A DNA stretch of 64,000 nucleotides from assembly GCA_950097015.1 (NCBI GenBank), contig CATNEN010000033.1, positions 2,108,001 to 2,172,000 of the forward strand, given 5' to 3'. Below are positions 58,501 to 64,000 of this stretch, one piece after another; within the stretch, counting starts at the first letter, position 1, and every line of letters begins with the position of its first letter. The DNA is from Macrostomum hystrix (taxonomy: Eukaryota > Animalia > Platyhelminthes). A program made the position numbers and the translations under genes. The notes beneath the pieces were generated by a model that worked only from the letters and a program-made list of their open reading frames with translations, did no database searches and had not been told where the DNA came from.

Positions 58501-58600
58501 GCTCCACCGGGCAGATCCGTGGGAGATGGCCAGCTGCTGCAGCGAGTTCGCCAAACAGCCGCCAGCTGCTGAGGCCGCGACCACTTCCCAGTTGGACTAG
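55531..58600 (+). CDS. DEG/ENaC (ASIC/FaNaC superfamily) ion channel subunit, 3 exons
   Basis: Exons: 55531-56244, 57338-57750, 58036-58600 (TAG), GT..AG and in phase. TM1 RMLWTMFVAIMTLVLLVTSGFLISDYL. FPSFTLC (cf. FPAVTxC), YFNCFT, GLKVVLH..P..SGFNAEPG, Cys-rich thumb (YHQC..ILRHCGC; NDCYPRCTYFTY..LS), TM2 LLSRIGGLCSLCIGLTAAFAAELVE. Confidence 0.9.
56372..56445 (-). mobile_element. tRNA-derived SINE head or tRNA pseudogene in DEG/ENaC intron 1
   Basis: The reverse complement, gtacaccagtggttagagcattggacttccgaccgagaggtcgcgagttcgaatc, has A-box-like (CAGTGGTTAGAGC) and B-box-like (GAGTTCGAATC) motifs. Anticodon and acceptor stems pair poorly. Confidence 0.65.
56770..57320. repeat. 21-bp minisatellite (DEG/ENaC intron 1)
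   Basis: Unit gaggggaatgagaacacacct. Confidence 0.96.
57790..58000. repeat. 20-bp minisatellite (DEG/ENaC intron 2)
   Basis: Unit gtaggtcattgagcattcta. Confidence 0.92.
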
Positions 58601-58648
58601 GCACAGATCCTCATCTGTCATGTATTCTAGCCAAAATAAGCTCCTGTT

Positions 58649-58654
58649 AATAAA
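58649..58654 (+). other. Putative polyadenylation signal of the DEG/ENaC gene
   Basis: AATAAA 48 nt after the stop codon, followed by T-rich sequence. Confidence 0.5.
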
Positions 58655-58829
58655 AAAGATTTTTAAGCGCCTTAAAACCAACGTTTTGAATTGAATTCAG
58701 CTGCAAATTTGGGCTGAAACGAAACATATTGCTTGTCTTGAGACTGGAACTGATAGTGCTCAGATTGAGATGGGTAGAAAGGACATTGAGATAGGAAAAA
58801 AAGCGTTATATTTGAGACTGACAGAGGGA

Positions 58830-59945
58830 CGGAGGGGAGATTGAGGGGAAGATTGAGGGGAAGATTGAGGGGAAGATTGAGGGGGGATTGAGGGGAGATT
58901 AATGGGAAGATTGAGGGAGGATTGAGGGGAGATTGAGGGGAAGATTGAGGGAAAGATAGAGGGGGATTGAGGGGAGATTAATGGGAAGATTGAGGGGGGA
59001 TTGAGGGGGGATTGAGGGGAAGATTCTGGGCAAGATTGAGGGGAAGATTGAGTCGGGATTAATTGGAGATTGAGGGGGATTGAGGGGAGATTGAGGGGAG
59101 ATTGAGGGGGATTGAGGGGAGATTGAGGGGGATTGAGGGGGATTGAGGGGAGATTGAGGGGGATTGAGGGGATTGAGGGGGATTGAGGGGGATTGAGGGG
59201 ATTGAGGGGAGATTGAGTGGGATTGATTGGAGATTTAGGGTGATTGAGGGGATTGAGGGGAGATTGAGGGGATTGAGGGGAGATTGAGGGGATTGAGGGG
59301 AGATTGAGGGGGATTGAAGGGGATTGAGGGGGATTGAGGGGAGATTGAGGGGGATTGAGGGGGATTGAGCGGGATTGAGGGGAGATTGAGGGGGATTGAG
59401 GGGAGATTGAGGGGGGTTGAGGGGAGATTGAGGGGGAATGAGGGGGATTGAGGGGAGATTGAGGGGATTGAGGGGGATTGAGCGGGATTGAGGGGAGATT
59501 GAGGGGAGATTGAGGGGGATTGAGGGGAGATTGAGGGGGATTGAGGGGAGATTGAGGGGGATTGAGGGGAGATTGAGGGGGATTGAGGGGATTGAGGGGA
59601 GATTGAGTGGGATTGATTGGAGATTTAGGGTGATTGAGGGGATTGAGGGGAGATTGAGGGGATTGAGGGGAGATTGAGGGGATTGAGGGGAGATTGAGGG
59701 GGATTGAAGGGGATTGAGGGGGATTGAGGGGAGATTGAGGGGGATTGAGGGGGATTGAGCGGGATTGAGGGGAGATTGAGGGGGATTGAGGGGAGATTGA
59801 GGGGGTTGAGGGGAGATTGAGGGGGATTGAGGGGAGATTGAGGGGATTGAGGGGAGATTGAGGGGGATTGAGGGGGATTGAGGGGAGATTGAGGGGGATT
59901 GAGGGGAGATTGAGGGGGTTGAGGGGGATTGAGGGGGATCGAGAG
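58830..59945. repeat. About 10-11-bp G-rich repeat
   Basis: gaggggg(a)gatt variants. Confidence 0.95.
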
Positions 59946-60704
59946 CAGGTCGGACATGGAGACTAAGAGGATGACCTACTGAAAGAGATAAAATAGGCCA
60001 ATTTGTCTTCTGCAGAAGGAAGAATGCTAAAAGGAAAAGATGCATAATAGGATAGCAGAGCTTTGACAATCTCAGACGGGAGAAAATGTCTAGTTTAGAT
60101 TTGTAGCTGTCATTTATCTGTCGCAACTGAGCACTTAATTCGGTAGGAAATCTGATAAGCATTTCCCTGCGACTGCATCAGCTAAATTCAATGCCCAGTC
60201 AACCGCCATCTGCTCCTACGACTGTGTTTCTAGACAAACGTGCCAAATGCAATTTGAGCTGGCATTGCAGCGAGGAATGAGACAATTCTAGCCTTTTTCA
60301 CAATGCCCCAATTTTTGTTTGCGCTGAACTCTCTTCCACCAGTGTGAAGTCAGTCTCCCAGAATCCCTCGTGTAACATTCTCACCTCTGCTCTCCTTCAT
60401 CTGAAAACTGATCGATAAAATATCGACTAGCAAAAGTTGTCGCGTTTGCCGAGTTGGCAGGGCTCCACCCGCCATGACCAAAGTCAATAACGATGTGCTT
60501 GCTCGGCCTTTCAATCGATCATGTCCGCCTGTTACACCAATTTTGCTTTGCGTTGCTGCTGTTAGAAGTGTTTCGATTTTCAAGGTGCCGAGTTTTTTTA
60601 CCGTGGCCCCACTTTCCAATAAGCGGTTCCCACTTCCCAATAGCCAGTCCCAATTCCCACATTTCCAACACATATCGTTAAATTCTCTTGGGCATCGGTA
60701 AATT

Positions 60705-61705
60705 CCAGCGGATATCGTCAAATTCAATCAGATATCGTTCAATTTCCCTCGGATATCGTTGAATTCCCTCGGATATCGTTAAATTCCCTCGGATATCGTT
60801 AAATTCCAACGGATATCGTTGAATTCCCTCGGATATCGTTAAATTCCCTCGGATATCGTTGAATTCCCTCGGATATCGTTAAATTCCCTCGGATATCATT
60901 AAATTCCAACGGATATCGTTGAATTCCCTCGGATATCGTTAAATTACCTCGGATATCGTTAAATTCCCTCGGATATCGTTGAATTCCCTCGGATATCGTT
61001 AAATTCCCTCTGATATCGTTAAATTCCAACGGATATCGTTGAATTCCCTCGGATATCGTTAAATTCCCTCGGATATCGTTGGATTCCCACGGATATCGTT
61101 AAATTCCAATCGGAAATCGTTAAATTCCAACGGATATCGTTAAATTTTAATCGGATATCGTTGAAATCCCTCGGATATCGTTAAATTCCCTAGGATATCG
61201 TTAAATTTTCTCGGGTATCGTTAAATTACCTCGGATATCGTTAAATTCCCTCGGGTGTCGTTGAATTCCTTCAGATATCGTTAAATTCCATCGGATGTCG
61301 TTAAATTCTATTGTATCTCGTTAAATTCCCTTGGGTATCGTTAAATTCCCTCGGTTGTCGTTGAATTCCCTCAGATATCGTTAAATTCCATCGGATATAG
61401 TTAAATTCCAATCGGATATCGGTGAATTCCCTCGGGAATCGTTGAATTCCCTCGGATATCGTTGGATTCCCTCGGATATCGTTAAATTCCCTCGGATATC
61501 GTTAAATTCCCTCGGATATCGTTAAATTCCAACGGATATCGTTGAATTCCCTCGGATATCGTTAAATTTCAATCGGATATCGTTGAATTTCAATCGGATA
61601 TCGTTGAAATCCCTCGGATATCGTTAAATTCCCTAGGATATCGTTAAATTCCATCGGATATCGTCAAATTCAATCGGATATCGTCAAATTCCATCGGATA
61701 TCGAA
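60705..61705. repeat. 20-bp minisatellite
   Basis: Unit ggatatcgttaaattccctc. Confidence 0.96.
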
Positions 61706-62279
61706 TTTAAGTCCCTCAGAAAAAAATTAGCTACTGGATGCAAGGCCAAGCAAGGATTGACATGCGATCCACTCATGAAAGAAAATGCTGGAAATATTCG
61801 CCTTACACTACTCATCGCGTAAATGCGATTCGGTAAATGGTTTCGTAAATCTATTCCACCTCGAACAAGCATTGACTGTTGTTTGATCTCTAATGGGATT
61901 AAAAAACTGCTTAGTTCATGATGCCGTAGCTCATGCTCCCTATGCGGAAAATCTCCCACAATCTTATCCATCAACATCATTTATCAACTGCTTTGCGGAG
62001 GCAGGTGTGCAGCCTCTCATCTGCTTCATCTCCGCTGAATTGCGTCACAGTGCCAAGCAAATTAAGCCTTCGATAGCAGCAGGTGCCCCACCCACCCAAC
62101 CACCAACCTTTCATTTCTGAGATCCCTTTGACCCATCAGCAAAGATTCCGCTGCTACAACGGCCCATTGTCTAATACGATCTGTCAAACCTCATTTAACT
62201 GGAAAATTTGACATACAGACTTGCTGAGGGATAACAGAACAACTGCTTGTGGAGCCTCATTTAGATGCTCCCACAACCG

Positions 62280-62530
62280 ATCTCACCCTGTCCTATCTCA
62301 CCCTGTCCTATCTCACCCTGTCCTATCTCACCCTGTCCTATCTCACCCTGTCCTATCTCACCCTGTCCTATCTCACCCTGTCCTATCTCACCCTGTCCTA
62401 TCTCACCCTGTCCTATCTCACCCTGTCCTATCTCACCCTGTCCTATCTCACCCTGTCCTATCTCACCCTGTCCTATCTCACCCTGTCCTATCTCACCCTG
62501 TCCTATCTCACCCTGTCCTATCTCACCCTG
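62280..62530. repeat. 15-bp perfect minisatellite
   Basis: Unit atctcaccctgtcct. Confidence 0.97.
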
Positions 62531-63199
62531 TTCCATCTCCTTCCATCTCGCATTCTCCTATTCCATCACATGTTAGCCAGCTATCTAGCCACAATGCTTA
62601 TTATGCTCATGTTCTCATCCGTTTAAGTCCAATTAGGCAGCCTGAGCGCAGATCGCAACACCGAACCGGCCCCGGGCCGTGTGGAAACCAGCCGGGTCTC
62701 ACGCGCAGCGCAGATCGTGCGTCGGAGAAGGTGCCAACAAAAATTGCGACAACAACCAACAAGTAATTCGTGGTGGTCAACCAGCGCTGTTTACCCAGCC
62801 CATTATGGCTTAATGGCATGGCGACTGCAATCTCTTACCTGGGTATGACCTAACAAGGGAGACACCTTTAATCTCTGGCGCAATCAAAACATTAGACCCA
62901 CAACCCACCGCACTCAAGACCCGACCGCGGCCTCATAATTCCTCTCGAAGTGGATCAGGCAATCAATGAGGTGAACCACTCCGTCTATTGTTTCCCGACT
63001 GCTCATGTTGACTTCTCATTGCGCAGACACCGCGCTGCGGTTTGACAAGGCGCCAGTTTGGCCACTTGTTGCTGTGCGACCACTTCTCAGGCTTCGCTTT
63101 TCCTTTTTGCTCAAATCTTGTTTGCTTTGTTTGGGATCCATGTCCCTTCTAAGTGTCTCCACTCCCATCTCATTTCTCCTAGTCTTACCTCTTCAATCT

Positions 63200-63720
63200 G
63201 CCCTCTCACATCTCCCCTCTCCCCTCTCCACACCTTACTCTACCCTTTCTTCTCTCCCATCTCCCATCTCACCTCTCCCCTCACCCATCTCCCCTCTCCC
63301 AATTTCCCATCGCCCATCTATCCTCTCCCCTTCTCCCATCTCCCCTCTCCCATCTCCCATCTCCCCTCTCCCATCTCCCATCTCCCCTCTCCCATCTCCC
63401 ATCTCCCCTCTCCCATCTCCCATCTCCCCTCTCCCATCTCCCATCTCCCCTCTCCAATCGCTCCTCTCCCCTAGCCCATCTCCCCACTCAAATCTCCGCT
63501 CTCCTATCTCCCTCTCCCCACTCCAATATACCCTCTCCCCTCTCCCATCTCCCATCTCCCATCTCCCATCTCCCCACCCCCAATCTTCCCTCGCCCATCT
63601 ACCCTCTCCCCTCTCCCATCTCCCCTTTCCCTATTTCCGTTTTCCCTATATTCCCTCTCCAAGGTCCCTCTAAAAAAATTCCTCTTTCGCCTTTCTCTCT
63701 CTCCTCTCTCCTAATCTCCC
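63200..63720. repeat. Polypyrimidine simple repeat
   Basis: ctcccatctcccctct variants. Confidence 0.9.
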
Positions 63721-64000
63721 CTTTCGCAACTCATCTCTCCCCTCAAAGCAACCATAGTGAAACACTGACAGCTCTGCTGACCCATATTATCAACCCGAGA
63801 CTGTCTTCACAACAATGAATCGCTTGCAGGAGAGATGTTGCAAATTGTTGCTAAGCCGGCCGTAAAATCGTTGAAAGTCTAGCGATTAAAAGTCAGCGAT
63901 AAGGCGATAAGAAGTTTTGGAGAGAAGTAGTGATGCAATCATCGGCCCGGGTGGGTCTCTGTGACCCGGAGGACACCACAGCGCCTCAGGGTCGGGTTGG

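Noticed and set aside
1110-62530. Regularly spaced repeats as CRISPR arrays
   Set aside because: Units are head-to-tail with no unique spacers, there are no cas genes, and the context is a spliced eukaryotic genome.
59950-63180. Protein-like short ORFs between arrays (60350-60727, 61684-61980, MDPKQSKQ.. near 63140)
   Set aside because: Interrupted by stops, no identifiable domain; possibly decayed TE sequence but not supportable without a database search.

Overview
Eukaryotic (animal) genomic DNA. GC-rich, spliced coding exons sit in a matrix of about 40 different 10-40 bp minisatellites and simple repeats. This architecture resembles the free-living flatworm Macrostomum lignano, but the species assignment is an inference only. 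Four intron-containing genes can be reconstructed by hand with GT-AG junctions and consistent reading frames. (1) An ABCG2-like half ABC transporter (+, 826-12652, 10 coding exons), whose ATG appears to be split by the first intron. (2) A kinase-less tandem cyclic-nucleotide-binding-domain protein (-, 20885-16710, 4 exons). (3) A 7-cadherin-repeat protocadherin (+, 32832-51336, 7 exons). (4) A DEG/ENaC-family channel (+, 55531-58600, 3 exons) with atypical gating and pore residues. A complete tRNA/CORE-type SINE with a 9-bp target-site duplication, an older inverted copy of it, and a second tRNA-derived element are also present. The most striking unexplained pattern concerns the introns. All 17 modelled introns >150 bp carry tandem arrays with locus-specific units, several of them abutting or overlapping a splice site, while the three short introns carry none. 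Most long ORFs in the ORF track are artefacts of these arrays. No CRISPR, rRNA or functional tRNA was found.
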